Below are positions 48,636 through 58,900 of a stretch of 64,000 nt of DNA, piece by piece (the first letter of the stretch is position 1; each line of letters starts with the position of its first letter). Under the pieces are notes generated by a model. It did no database searches. It had not been told where the DNA came from and saw nothing but the letters and a program-made list of their open reading frames with translations. Origin of the DNA: Flavobacteriaceae bacterium (GTDB lineage Bacteria > Bacteroidota > Bacteroidia > Flavobacteriales > Flavobacteriaceae); the NCBI GenBank assembly GCA_018646605.1, contig JABGUL010000015.1, forward strand, positions 12,688-76,687, given 5' to 3'. Position numbers and translations under genes: made by a program.

Positions 48636-51467
48636 TCAAAAACGAATAGCATATCCTAATGAAAATAGACGTCCTACATTACGTAATTTAAAATATTGAC
48701 TTTCGTTATTAAAGCCTTCAAATCGACTTTCTCGTTCGTCATTTAATAAATTTGTTATTTTAAAAGTAAGAGATCGATTTCCTTTAAATTGCTTAATTAA
48801 ATTAAAGTTTAAGCTATTAAATGGCATGGTGTAAACATCAGGGTAAAAGCCATCTCCAACTACCTCCAACGTTTTTCCTTGAACATTGAAATACAAACCA
48901 ATTTGTACGTTTTTTTCTTGATTATTATAATCTAAGCCGGTATTGATTAAATAAGGTGATTGACCCTGTAAAGGTCTAGAATTACTTATAGTTTGTCCTT
49001 CTCTTAATCCTAATGTTCTTAATTTAAACTCATCTTCACTATACTTTTCATCAGAAATAATGTAAGAACCATTAAAGTTTAAAACTAGATTTCTTATACT
49101 TGGAAAGAGCGAGTTAATACTGCGTCTCAGTTCTAATTCAACTCCGAAAACAGTAGCGTTTTCTAAATTTAAAGGGGTATAATTTGAAGTAGAAGCCGCT
49201 ACAAACCCAATTTCAATTGGATCCGTTAAGTTTTTGTAAAAAGCACTAAATGCTAATAGTTGTGCCTTTTCTCCAAAGGCTTCGTATCGAATATCAAAAT
49301 TGTCAATATAAGTGGGTCTAATGTTGATGTTTCCTATAAAAAATAGGTTTGATAAAGGATCGTAGATTTCTGCAATAGAGGCTTCTTTAAAACTTGGTCT
49401 AGCAGTAGTCAATGAATAAGCAATACGTAAATTTTGATTTTCTTTTAGACTATAAATAAAATTTAAAGAAGGGAAAAGGTTGCTTTTATTTATAATTTTT
49501 TGATTATCATAGATTTGACCCAACTGACTGTTTTCTCCGGTATAATGCACTTGATAGTTTTCAAATCTAAACCCAAGAATGGATTTCAGTTTTTCTGAAA
49601 TATTAAATTCATTGGAGATATAAGCTGCTAGATTAAATTGCTTTGAATTGAATAGGTTAGCATCCTGACTAATAGTGGTTTGAGGGTTGATATAAGATCC
49701 CTCAGGATTGGAAGGGCCAATAATGTTATTGGGATTAAATAATTGATTTGGATCTCCTGCATAATTTGACCAATCCTGCTCTGAAGTATAGGTTGAACTT
49801 ACGGAATATTGAGCAATGGAAAAGTCTCGCTCTTTTTGTGAACGATAAATTCCAAATTTAAATACAGCATTTGATCCTAAAAACTGATTTTTTTTTGTTG
49901 CATCAATCTTTCCTACAAGATTGTTTTCGTCTAGTGTTCTCCAAATTCGTTTAGGTTCGGTATTTTCCTGAAAACTGAAGATACCTTCCTCATCTTGGAA
50001 TGTAGTATTTCTTATATCTTTATCATGAACTTTTGCTAAAGTTCCTGATAAAGTCCATTCAATTTTAAAGTCACCATCTGAAAAATTTTGCAATCCAGAA
50101 AGCATTCCATTTGAAATACTTCTCTCAGTATATTCTAAATTATATTTATTGAAATCAATAAAGTCAGAAAAACGAGTAAGCTGTCTAAAACTTCCAGAAG
50201 TACTTTCACCATTTTGAATATGAAGTGCATTAAATTTTATTTTAGTAGCTGCAGATTTATATGTTGCTCCAATCAAACCATTTGCAATCACATTTTGGTT
50301 CCCTATAGTTCCTGACTGAATTCTATTTTCTTCAAATGCAAACACTTTTTTATCTGGACTGAAATTGTAGATGTTGTTTTGAGCATTTTCGTAAACAGAC
50401 TGTTCGTTTTTATATGAAAGTGACCCCAAGATTCCGATTGATTTGTCTTCTCCAAATTTGAATTGGTTACCATAGAAAATACCAAAACTATAATTCAAAT
50501 TACTAGTTCCAACATTAGGAGCCATTTGTGGGTCAAATTGATTTGCTATTTTATTTATAATGGATAACCCTTCTTCTGTTTGATTGAAACGAGGATCAAA
50601 TGTATTACCTAAGAAGCTATTTGCAATTTTATTTTTTCGCATCCCGTTGTCAAAACCCAAGAAATCGGTTTGACTTCCTTTATCACTTAAATAGTTTGAA
50701 TTAAAATGCATGTCTGGGTTATATGCAGTGTTCAAAGAAATCGAGAATTCCTCCTGATTAGGAAATTCTTTAGTAACAATATCAATAACACCTCCAGTAA
50801 AATCAGCAGGTAAATCCGCACGTGCTGATTTTATCACCAATACATTTGAGAGCATATTGGTTGGGAATAAATCCATTTGTATTGTATTACGATCTGGATC
50901 TAGTCCAGGAATATCTACTCCATTTAGAATCGATTTTGAATAGCGATCACCCAAACCCCTCACATACACATATTTTCCATCTTGTACAGAAACTCCAGGG
51001 ACACTTTTAATTGCTGATGCAATATTGCTTGCGCCAATTTTTCTAAAGGCTTGAGCAGAAATCCCATCCAATAAGCTTGCTGATTTTCTTTGAATTTCAA
51101 GTACTGAAGTTTCTGTATTTCTTCTTGCTTCAATACTTACAATTACCTCATCTAATCCTTGAGCGACACTATTTAAAACCACATCGGTAGTTGTGTAATT
51201 ATCGCCTATTACAATGATACTGGTAATCTCTTTTGTTTCATAACCTACAAATGAGAAAACAAGAGTATATGTCCCAGCACTTAATTCAAAGGCATATTTC
51301 CCGTCAAAGTCTGAGGTTATTCCATCTCCCGTTTCTTTTACTAAAATATTAGCAAAAGGAAGGGGTTCATTAAAGTCACCATCAATTAAGGTTCCGGAAA
51401 TACCTTGTTGTGAATAACCCATAAAACTGAAGAGTAATATAAAAAACGATATGTAAGATTGTTTCAT
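48636..51467 (-). CDS. TonB-dependent outer-membrane receptor with an N-terminal carboxypeptidase-regulatory-like domain
   Basis: 943 aa. Signal peptide, CarboxypepD_reg-like segment (GTLIDGDFNEPLPFANILV...GYETKE), plug motifs (GVSVQDGKYVYVRGLGDRYS) and a C-terminal aromatic residue (AIRF). Confidence 0.9.
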   Translation of the reverse strand: MKQSYISFFILLFSFMGYSQQGISGTLIDGDFNEPLPFANILVKETGDGITSDFDGKYAFELSAGTYTLVFSFVGYETKEITSIIVIGDNYTTTDVVLNSVAQGLDEVIVSIEARRNTETSVLEIQRKSASLLDGISAQAFRKIGASNIASAIKSVPGVSVQDGKYVYVRGLGDRYSKSILNGVDIPGLDPDRNTIQMDLFPTNMLSNVLVIKSARADLPADFTGGVIDIVTKEFPNQEEFSISLNTAYNPDMHFNSNYLSDKGSQTDFLGFDNGMRKNKIANSFLGNTFDPRFNQTEEGLSIINKIANQFDPQMAPNVGTSNLNYSFGIFYGNQFKFGEDKSIGILGSLSYKNEQSVYENAQNNIYNFSPDKKVFAFEENRIQSGTIGNQNVIANGLIGATYKSAATKIKFNALHIQNGESTSGSFRQLTRFSDFIDFNKYNLEYTERSISNGMLSGLQNFSDGDFKIEWTLSGTLAKVHDKDIRNTTFQDEEGIFSFQENTEPKRIWRTLDENNLVGKIDATKKNQFLGSNAVFKFGIYRSQKERDFSIAQYSVSSTYTSEQDWSNYAGDPNQLFNPNNIIGPSNPEGSYINPQTTISQDANLFNSKQFNLAAYISNEFNISEKLKSILGFRFENYQVHYTGENSQLGQIYDNQKIINKSNLFPSLNFIYSLKENQNLRIAYSLTTARPSFKEASIAEIYDPLSNLFFIGNINIRPTYIDNFDIRYEAFGEKAQLLAFSAFYKNLTDPIEIGFVAASTSNYTPLNLENATVFGVELELRRSINSLFPSIRNLVLNFNGSYIISDEKYSEDEFKLRTLGLREGQTISNSRPLQGQSPYLINTGLDYNNQEKNVQIGLYFNVQGKTLEVVGDGFYPDVYTMPFNSLNFNLIKQFKGNRSLTFKITNLLNDERESRFEGFNNESQYFKLRNVGRLFSLGYAIRF

Positions 51468-51497
51468 TTAATGGATATTAATAGTTAAGTAAAATAG

Positions 51498-51524
51498 AAT
51501 TGCCTGAAAGAATTTCAGGCAATT
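51498..51524 (-). other. Stem-loop (11-12 bp) in the 79-nt spacer between the lipoprotein and receptor genes
   Basis: AATTGCCTGAA(A)-GAA-(T)TTCAGGCAATT is a perfect inverted repeat. No clean U-tract follows on the transcribed strand. Confidence 0.6.
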
Positions 51525-51546
51525 AATTTAATTAGAGGTTTTGCTA

Positions 51547-52875
51547 CTAACGCGAGTAAAAAGTCCAATCAAATTCCGATTTGTTTGTTATTCCCTCACT
51601 TTCATCACTACTTATTATTTTCGCAAATGTTAAAGCGTCATTTTCAAAAGTGCTTTCATCGGATTTGTCATCAAATATTTGATTCAATAATTCAACATCT
51701 GAACAGGTTATTCCATCCTTATCACTTGGATATAGTATGTTAATATTTGTAAAAGTCAAATTACCAGATGTATAACTTGTAGCATCTGCACTTGCATCTA
51801 ATTCTACATCTTTACCAACTGCAAAATTGGAGAACAGTATATTTATCAAATTTCCAGTTGCACCTTTTCTGAAATCTGCCATTTCACCATCTACACCTGA
51901 AGCATTGCAGTTTAGTGTTGCACCAATAATTGTTGTATTTTTAATGGTAAAACTTCCTGGGGCAGATCCTTCAGGGCCATCAATTTCAAGACCATGATCA
52001 GATGCAGATTCTAAGATGATATATGCTCCATCAATTGTTCCTGCGTAGCCTTGATCAATATCCAATGCATCATCACCCTGACCCCAAACTAACAAGCTTG
52101 AAGCGTTAACAGTGCCTCCGAAAAATTCGATACCATCATCTACATTGGCGATGACTTCAATATGATCAATTGTTGTTCCTGATCCAACTCCTCCAAGTGT
52201 TAAGCCATTGATTTCATTGCCTTCTCCAATTTCTGCACCTCCATGACGGATTGAAATGTATTGTATTGTTCCTGAATTATCAGTAACGTCAGTTCCTCCG
52301 TATAATCCATTTTTATCGGAAGTGGGTATTCCTTCAATTTGAAGTTCAGTAACATCTCCCGCAAAGGAGCAAGGTGCTTTCCCTAAAACTATTAAACCAC
52401 CCCATAAACCTCTTGATTCAACACTTAGTGAAGGACCGTTACTAGGATAACTCCCACCTAATGAAATATTGTCTGACACTGATGTGAAGACAATAGGTGA
52501 ATTTTTAGTTCCTAAAGCATTTAATTTTGCACCTCTTGCAATAATAAGTGTCGAGGCATCGGCTCCTGTTCCAGCAGCAGCTTTGATAATTGTTCCAGCA
52601 GGAATCGTTAACGTTGCTCCTTCAGTGACAGCTACACGTCCTTTAAGTAACCAAATCTTGGATGCATCCAATGTTAAATCAGAAGTGACATTTCCTTCTA
52701 GTGTACTGTCAGCATAAGGATTAATTTCCACTACGGTTTCAACTGTTTCTGTAACCGTTTCAGTGACAGTTTCAACAATTGTTATATACTCGATTATAGG
52801 ATCTTCCTCCGAGCAGGCTAAAAATGTAGTTAGTAAGGTAACGACGATCAGATTTTTTAATTTTAATGTTTTCAT
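51547..52875 (-). CDS. Surface lipoprotein with predicted parallel beta-helix-like repeats, function unknown (receptor partner, not SusD-like)
   Basis: 442 aa. Lipobox FLAC, the tandem peptide repeat ETVTETVTETVETV (nt 52732..52773), then Gly/Asp/Asn-rich short-strand repeats (GTTIDHIEV, DDGIEFFGG, DDALDIDQG, DHGLEIDG). Confidence 0.55.
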   Translation of the reverse strand: MKTLKLKNLIVVTLLTTFLACSEEDPIIEYITIVETVTETVTETVETVVEINPYADSTLEGNVTSDLTLDASKIWLLKGRVAVTEGATLTIPAGTIIKAAAGTGADASTLIIARGAKLNALGTKNSPIVFTSVSDNISLGGSYPSNGPSLSVESRGLWGGLIVLGKAPCSFAGDVTELQIEGIPTSDKNGLYGGTDVTDNSGTIQYISIRHGGAEIGEGNEINGLTLGGVGSGTTIDHIEVIANVDDGIEFFGGTVNASSLLVWGQGDDALDIDQGYAGTIDGAYIILESASDHGLEIDGPEGSAPGSFTIKNTTIIGATLNCNASGVDGEMADFRKGATGNLINILFSNFAVGKDVELDASADATSYTSGNLTFTNINILYPSDKDGITCSDVELLNQIFDDKSDESTFENDALTFAKIISSDESEGITNKSEFDWTFYSR

Positions 52876-52896
52876 TTTTTTGATTTTTATTTAATG

Positions 52897-52904
52897 CAAA
52901 TCTA
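52897..52904 (-). promoter_or_regulatory. Candidate -7 promoter box (TAGATTTG) for the lipoprotein/TonB-receptor operon
   Basis: The plus strand reads CAAATCTA, which is TAGATTTG on the minus strand, 21 nt upstream of the ATG at 52875. Confidence 0.4.
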
Positions 52905-52936
52905 TCTTGAGAACTTTGTTTTTATTTTAGCTTAAG

Positions 52937-53004
52937 GTTAACTTTGAGAATCTTGTCGTTAAGTTAACATCATGAATTATCTTTTAAATTAAAGTTTAGT
53001 TAAC
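52937..53004. promoter_or_regulatory. Three GTTAAC palindromes (52937, 52963, 52999) in the divergent promoter region. Two are extended as AGTTAACAT. Candidate operator sites
   Basis: Read directly from the sequence. The outer sites fall about where the -33 elements of the two divergent TAGATTTG promoters would lie. Confidence 0.4.
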
Positions 53005-53021
53005 ATACTGTTTAAGAATGT

Positions 53022-53029
53022 TAGATTTG
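53022..53029 (+). promoter_or_regulatory. Candidate -7 promoter box (TAGATTTG) for dgt, with a very short leader
   Basis: TAnnTTTG match that ends 4 nt before the ATG at 53034. Confidence 0.35.
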
Positions 53030-53033
53030 TAAT

Positions 53034-54353
53034 ATGAATTGGGAATCATTATTATCATTAAAGCGCTATGGTGACAACAACAAGCGACTTAGAGTAGAAC
53101 AGGACGATTTGCGTCTGGGTTTTGAAGTAGATTACGATCGGATTGTATTTTCAAATGCTTTTCGAAGTTTACAGGATAAAACACAAGTCATACCTTTTTC
53201 AAAAACAGATTTTGTTCATACACGTCTCACGCATAGTTTGGAGGTATCGGTAGTGGGAAGAAGTCTGGGGCGTATTGCTGGGAAAACTATATTAGACAAG
53301 CATCCACATTTACAAGCTTCTTTAGGGTATCAACCCAATGATTTTGGAGCGATAACTGCTGCCGCGGCTTTAGCACATGATATAGGAAATCCTCCTTTTG
53401 GTCATAGTGGAGAAAAGGCCATTGGGCATTTTTTTAAAACAGGTGGAGGTTCCATTTTTAAAAACGAGTTAAGCCTGATTGAGTTTCAGGATCTTTGTGA
53501 TTTTGAGGGGAATGCAAATGGATTAAAAATTTTAACAGAATCACAGATTGGAACACCTGGTGGACTTCGTTTAAGTTATGCTACTTTGGGTGCCTTTATA
53601 AAATATCCAAAAGGGAGCTTGCCAATAAAGCCATCTAAACATGTAGCAGATAAAAAGTACGGTTATTTTCAATCACAAATGCCCTTTTTTAATGAGCTAA
53701 TAGAGGAACTCTCACTACCCATTCAAAAAGGTCCTGTACGTCATCCATTAACTTATCTAGTTGAAGCGGCTGACGACATATGTTATACTATTATTGATTT
53801 TGAAGATGGTATTAATCTGGGTTGGATTTCTGAAGATTATGCTTTAGAATATTTAATAAATCTAGTTCGAGAACACATTGACTCTAAAAAATATGCGAAA
53901 CTTGCTTTTAAGCCACAGCGATTAAGTTACTTAAGAGCTTTAGCGATTAATAGCTTAATTCAAGATGCTGTCAAAATTTTTATTGAAAATGAAGAGGCTA
54001 TTTTGGCAGGAAAATTTGAGGTTGCCCTTTTAGAAAAGAGTAAATACAAAGCGCAGATTCAAGATATTATTGCACTAAGTGTGAAAAATATTTATCAATC
54101 TAAAGAGGTGGTGCAGAAAGAGGTAGTTGGTCATCGAGCCATTTCTACTTTATTAAATCAGTATACCCCCGCTGCCGTAAGAATGTTCAAAGGAGAGCCA
54201 AATTCTCATGACAAATTAATTCTATCTCTGGTAAATGAGGGAACTCCAATTGTTGGAAAGAACGTATACGAAACACTTCTCAATGCAACTTGTTTTGTTG
54301 CCAGTCTATCAGACGGAAAAGCCCTGCGTATGGCTCAAGATATTGGAGGCTAA
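53034..54353 (+). CDS. dgt: dGTP triphosphohydrolase-family HD-domain protein
   Basis: 439 aa. FRSLQDKTQV, RLTHSLEV and AHDIGNPPFGH (HD motif) are typical of Dgt-like dNTPases. Confidence 0.88.
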   Translation: MNWESLLSLKRYGDNNKRLRVEQDDLRLGFEVDYDRIVFSNAFRSLQDKTQVIPFSKTDFVHTRLTHSLEVSVVGRSLGRIAGKTILDKHPHLQASLGYQPNDFGAITAAAALAHDIGNPPFGHSGEKAIGHFFKTGGGSIFKNELSLIEFQDLCDFEGNANGLKILTESQIGTPGGLRLSYATLGAFIKYPKGSLPIKPSKHVADKKYGYFQSQMPFFNELIEELSLPIQKGPVRHPLTYLVEAADDICYTIIDFEDGINLGWISEDYALEYLINLVREHIDSKKYAKLAFKPQRLSYLRALAINSLIQDAVKIFIENEEAILAGKFEVALLEKSKYKAQIQDIIALSVKNIYQSKEVVQKEVVGHRAISTLLNQYTPAAVRMFKGEPNSHDKLILSLVNEGTPIVGKNVYETLLNATCFVASLSDGKALRMAQDIGG

Positions 54354-54406
54354 TTTGCATCTCTTTTTTAGAGTGAACTCATTACCTTTGCCAAAAAAAA
54401 TAAACT

Positions 54407-55636
54407 ATGAGATGGATTGTTACTATCCTGATTTTTTGTATCCTTCAATGGTATGCTTTCCAAGGAATTAAAACGATTAGTTCAAATCGTTGGATTTGGT
54501 TGATTTATGGGATCGTAGTTGTTGTTGTTGTGGGAAACCTATTACTTCATTCTTTAATCCTGGAACGACCGGATAATATGGAGCCTAAATTAATGTATGC
54601 TATAGGCCTTTTTATTACCCTATTTACATTTCAAGCATTAATCACTTTGGTATTGATGGCTGAAGATATCATTCGAGTACCTCAATCCATTTATGCCTAT
54701 TTCTTTAAAATGCCAGGGCAGAGTAATTTCTTTCCAGAGCGACGTAAATTTCTATCTCAATTGGCAGTAGGCCTTGCTGCCATTCCGTTTGCATCATTGC
54801 TTTATGGCATGTATAGAGGGCGTTATAATTATAAAGTGCTCTCTTATGTTTTAGAATATGACGATTTGCCTGAAGCCTTCGACGGGTTCAAAATCACTCA
54901 AATTTCAGATATTCATAGTGGAAGTTTTGACAATCCGAAAAAAGTGAAATATGGAGTTGATTTAATTAACAAACAAAAATCAGATATTGTTTTGTTTACA
55001 GGAGATTTGGTGAACAATAAGTCTGAAGAAGTGCTTCCTTGGACAAAAATTTTCGGTGAGATAAAAGCCCCTCAAGGGGTTTATTCAATACTTGGAAATC
55101 ATGATTATGGTGACTATACACAATGGGACTCTCCAGCTGCTAAACTTAAAAATATGGAAGACCTTTATGCGGCTCAAAAGCACATGGGTTGGGATTTATT
55201 ATTAAATGAGTCTCGTTTTATTGAAAAAGACGGACAGCGTATAGCATTGGTAGGTGTTGAAAATTGGGGAACTGGACGTTTTAAAAAGGCGGGTGACCTC
55301 AACAAGGCCCTCGAGAATGTTGCACCAGAAGATTTTAAAATTCTAATGTCTCATGATCCTTCGCACTGGGAAGCAGAGGTTTTAACACACCCTTATAACA
55401 TACATTTAACCTTAAGCGGGCATACCCATGGGATGCAATTTGGGATTGAAATTCCAGGTTGGATAAAATGGAGTCCAGTACAGTGGAGATATAAACAATG
55501 GGCAGGGGTTTACGGGGAGCCAAAACAGCGTTTGAATGTCAATCGAGGGTTTGGTTATTTGGCTTATCCTGGACGAGTAGGAATGTGGCCAGAGGTAACT
55601 TCTATCACTTTAAAGAAGTCAAAAACTACGGTTTAA
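54407..55636 (+). CDS. Membrane-anchored calcineurin-like metallophosphoesterase
   Basis: 409 aa. About 4 N-terminal TM segments, then the motifs ISDIHSG, TGDLV, GNHD and SGHTHG. Confidence 0.85.
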   Translation: MRWIVTILIFCILQWYAFQGIKTISSNRWIWLIYGIVVVVVVGNLLLHSLILERPDNMEPKLMYAIGLFITLFTFQALITLVLMAEDIIRVPQSIYAYFFKMPGQSNFFPERRKFLSQLAVGLAAIPFASLLYGMYRGRYNYKVLSYVLEYDDLPEAFDGFKITQISDIHSGSFDNPKKVKYGVDLINKQKSDIVLFTGDLVNNKSEEVLPWTKIFGEIKAPQGVYSILGNHDYGDYTQWDSPAAKLKNMEDLYAAQKHMGWDLLLNESRFIEKDGQRIALVGVENWGTGRFKKAGDLNKALENVAPEDFKILMSHDPSHWEAEVLTHPYNIHLTLSGHTHGMQFGIEIPGWIKWSPVQWRYKQWAGVYGEPKQRLNVNRGFGYLAYPGRVGMWPEVTSITLKKSKTTV

Positions 55637-55675
55637 CCTTTTTCTTTTACATTTGTTCAATAATTGCATGTAATT

Positions 55676-55972
55676 ATGTCGAAATTCGGTGATTTACTAG
55701 ACGAAAATATACCTATTTTATTGGTTTTTTATAGACAAGATGAAGGACCAATTGATTTGAATCCCATCTTAAAGGATGTTGCGGCAGCTATAGGGGATAA
55801 AGGAAAAGTGATTAAAATTGATGTAGACAAAAACCACAAACTGTCTGAGGCTCTTCGCATTAAAGTACTTCCCACATTGATGATTTATAAGTACAGTGAA
55901 ATGGTTTGGAGACAGAGTGGCGAACAAGATGCCAACACTTTAATCAGTCTACTTCAAGATCATATTGGGTAA
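55676..55972 (+). CDS. Thioredoxin-fold protein lacking the CxxC active site
   Basis: 98 aa from the ATG at 55676; the ORF track starts at a TTG at 55664. It aligns by eye to thioredoxin, but where WCGPC is expected it reads QDEGPI. The conserved cis-Pro context (VLPTLMIY) is retained. Confidence 0.7.
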   Translation: MSKFGDLLDENIPILLVFYRQDEGPIDLNPILKDVAAAIGDKGKVIKIDVDKNHKLSEALRIKVLPTLMIYKYSEMVWRQSGEQDANTLISLLQDHIG

Positions 55973-55980
55973 CCAGATAT

Positions 55981-58900
55981 TTAATTAGCTTCTTCATTAT
56001 TTAATGAAGCTGTAAACAATTCTATAGTTTCATTATACTCAGCTTCCTCATTTTTGAAAAATGCCTCACTCCCATATTTTTTTATCTGTTGAAGTAGATA
56101 ATTATAATTTAAAAATTCATTTTTAATTCGATCTTCCAAAAGCAGCTGATTGTCTTGGGAGAATTGACTGTAAAGTTGAAGCCGTTTTTTAAATTCACCG
56201 GTAATTTTTTTACTCAAAGATTCTGCCAATTTCATTTCACTAATAATGAAATAACCTTCCGCTACATCAATCAAACTTGTATAGTATTCATAGTCTCCAT
56301 ATAGGTATTTGAACGAATCTGTGGCAGCTATAAACTGATTTAATGTTGGTAATAAGTCGGCTTTTTCAGCATGTTTAAGATCTGCCTCCACTAGGGTTCT
56401 ATAACGTTCAATTTCTGTAATAATTTCTTCTCCTAAAGAATATTGTAAGTCAGCATCTAAGGAACTAAAATAGTTTAAACGGTCATAGTATTTGAATCCA
56501 ATATTTCGAGATAATTCTTGGGCCTTTTCTATTTCATCAATACTATAATATCCATCTACAAAAGGAACCATCAGACTGTAGAAACCAAAATAGTCTAAAG
56601 GCATTTTTTCTAAAGCCAAATCAATAATAGTTTTGGCTTTATTTTTTTTCCCTTCATTAATTAGCTGTTCAGAGAGGCGTGCCATATTACTTCTGAAAGA
56701 AATGCTGTTTTTTCTAGTTTCTGGATCGTGGTAAATTTCTGGACTTTCAGAATTTCCCCAGTTCCATTGTGTTACAATATCATACATAAGGTCAGCGTCA
56801 ATACGTCCCATCAAATAAGGATTGTCTTTGCCTAAGTCTGTTTTTATGGGAACCAGCTTATAAACTAATCCTTCAAGTTGAAGGTATTTTTTCATCCATA
56901 AATATTCTGAGTCTGAATAACTACCTCCTGTAAAATAAATAGGGCGTTCCCAATCGTTGTTAGCAACTATATCTAGCATCATCATCTGGTTTTTGAGGAT
57001 GGCACTCTCGGGTAAATCAATGTCAATATAAGGAACTATTTTATCGGCATCTTCTGGGTTGACGATCCCACTTTTCAAAACATTCTCTTTATTTACAGGG
57101 ATTCTTATTTTTCGTGTTGGATAAAAAACTCCTTCTTGCTGGCTTTCGGGAAGTTGGTTAACGTCATTCCCGGATTTTTGCATTAAATCTTTGATTTTGG
57201 TCCTTGGGTGATCACTGGCGACCCAATTCATAAAATCTTTTATGTCCCATCGTACAGAATCTAATACGGGTTGGTATCGGATTACGTCTCGAACACCATA
57301 AGCATATAAGTCATGAGTCATTTGAGAGGGAATAGGTTCACTCTCATATGTTTTTCTTTTCATCTGATCGATATACCAATCTGTTCCCAAGAGACTTGAA
57401 TTTATGGTTCGGACATCAGTTCGGTATCCTTCAATGTCTTGTGCATACCAGAGGGCAAAAGTATCATTGTCTCCAATAGTAAAAATCATTGCTCCCTTAT
57501 TCTTTTGAATGGATTGTAGATAGGATCGCGCCATTGATTGAGCAGTGAACCGATCAGAGCGGTCATGATCATCCCAATTTTGGTATCCCATTAATAAAGT
57601 AACACCAAGTAAGCATAAAGTAACTAATACGGGTTGCAAACTTTTGAATTTAATAAATTTTTGGACCCAGTTAATCAATCCCATACAACCTAATCCAATC
57701 CATATAGAATAGACATAAAAGGATCCCACAAGAGCATAATCACGCTCCCTGGGTTCAAAAGGGCGTTCATTCAGATACACTTTTAGTGCAATTCCTGTGA
57801 ATAGGAAAAAGAGCATTAATACCCAAAAACGTTTAGGATCTTGCTGGTATAAAAAATAAAGTCCTACAAGGCCTAAAATAAATGGTAAAAAGAAATAAGT
57901 ATTTCTTGCTTTGTTATTGAGAGCGTCTTGATGAAGTTCAGATTGATTTCCTAAACGTATCTCATCCACAAATGGGATTCCACTCAACCAATTTCCGTTT
58001 AGGACATTATATTCCCCTTGTTTATCATTTTGACGTCCTGTGAAATTCCACATAAAATAACGCCAATACATATAGCCTAATTGATATTCAAAAAAGAATT
58101 TCAAATTAGAAATGAAGGAAGGTTTTTCAATAGTCAAATACGGACTGTATTGTTTTAGGAAATCATGGTATTGCTCTCCAGAAACAGAACCATCAGCTAT
58201 TTCTTCTCTAAAATCATTTATTCTTTGTTGAAGTTGAGGGTTAGAGCGATATGAGGATTTTACAGAAAATTCAAGAGGTTCGGTAAAATTCATATAGTTA
58301 CCGGCATGATCACTACTCCATAGTCTTGGTAAGAATCCGCTATGTGCACTATTGGAATTAAAACGTGCATCTTTCCAAAAATTAACAATTTTGTAGCGTC
58401 CCGTTTTATAATCTCTTTCGTACTTGGGTTTGTCGTCAATAAAAGGCTCTACAGGATCTTGACCTGCATAGATATCAGAAAACATTGGACCGTAAAACAA
58501 TTTAGTTTCTGGATATTGTTCTAAATTATAGTAGGCTAGTAATAATCGAGCATCAGATGGTGAATTTTCGTTAATAACGGTATTTGCATTTGCACGAATA
58601 GGTATCATGATCCAGCAAGAAAATCCAATAAGTACAAATAAAATCCCCAATACCCCTGTATTTAAATTTACCCATTGTTTTTTGCTTGTAATCTTTAAGC
58701 TGTAATAGAAAAATGCAATAAACAGGATTGCAGCAATTAAAGTACCACTGTTGAAGGGAAGGCCTATTGAATTTACAAAAAACACTTCTGCATTTCCAAA
58801 GAAGGCAAGTGTAAGGGGGAGTAATAATTTAAAAATAAACAGGAGAATTGCAGTTGCAATAAGGTTTGCATAAATAAATCCTTTGACCGTAATTTTCTTG

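Noticed and set aside
52732-52773. Short tandem DNA repeat (ACNGAAAC-like, encoding ETVTETVTETVETV) as a possible contingency or phase-variation locus.
   Set aside because: The repeat units are imperfect at the DNA level and in-frame (multiples of 6 nt), so slippage would only change the linker length. It is more likely a flexible lipoprotein tether.
53034-54353. dGTPase as a possible anti-phage dNTP-depletion defence gene.
   Set aside because: It is flanked by housekeeping genes, composition is uniform, and there are no neighbouring defence, mobile or toxin genes. The sequence looks like the ordinary Dgt-like paralogue common in this phylum. The window offers no evidence for a defence island.
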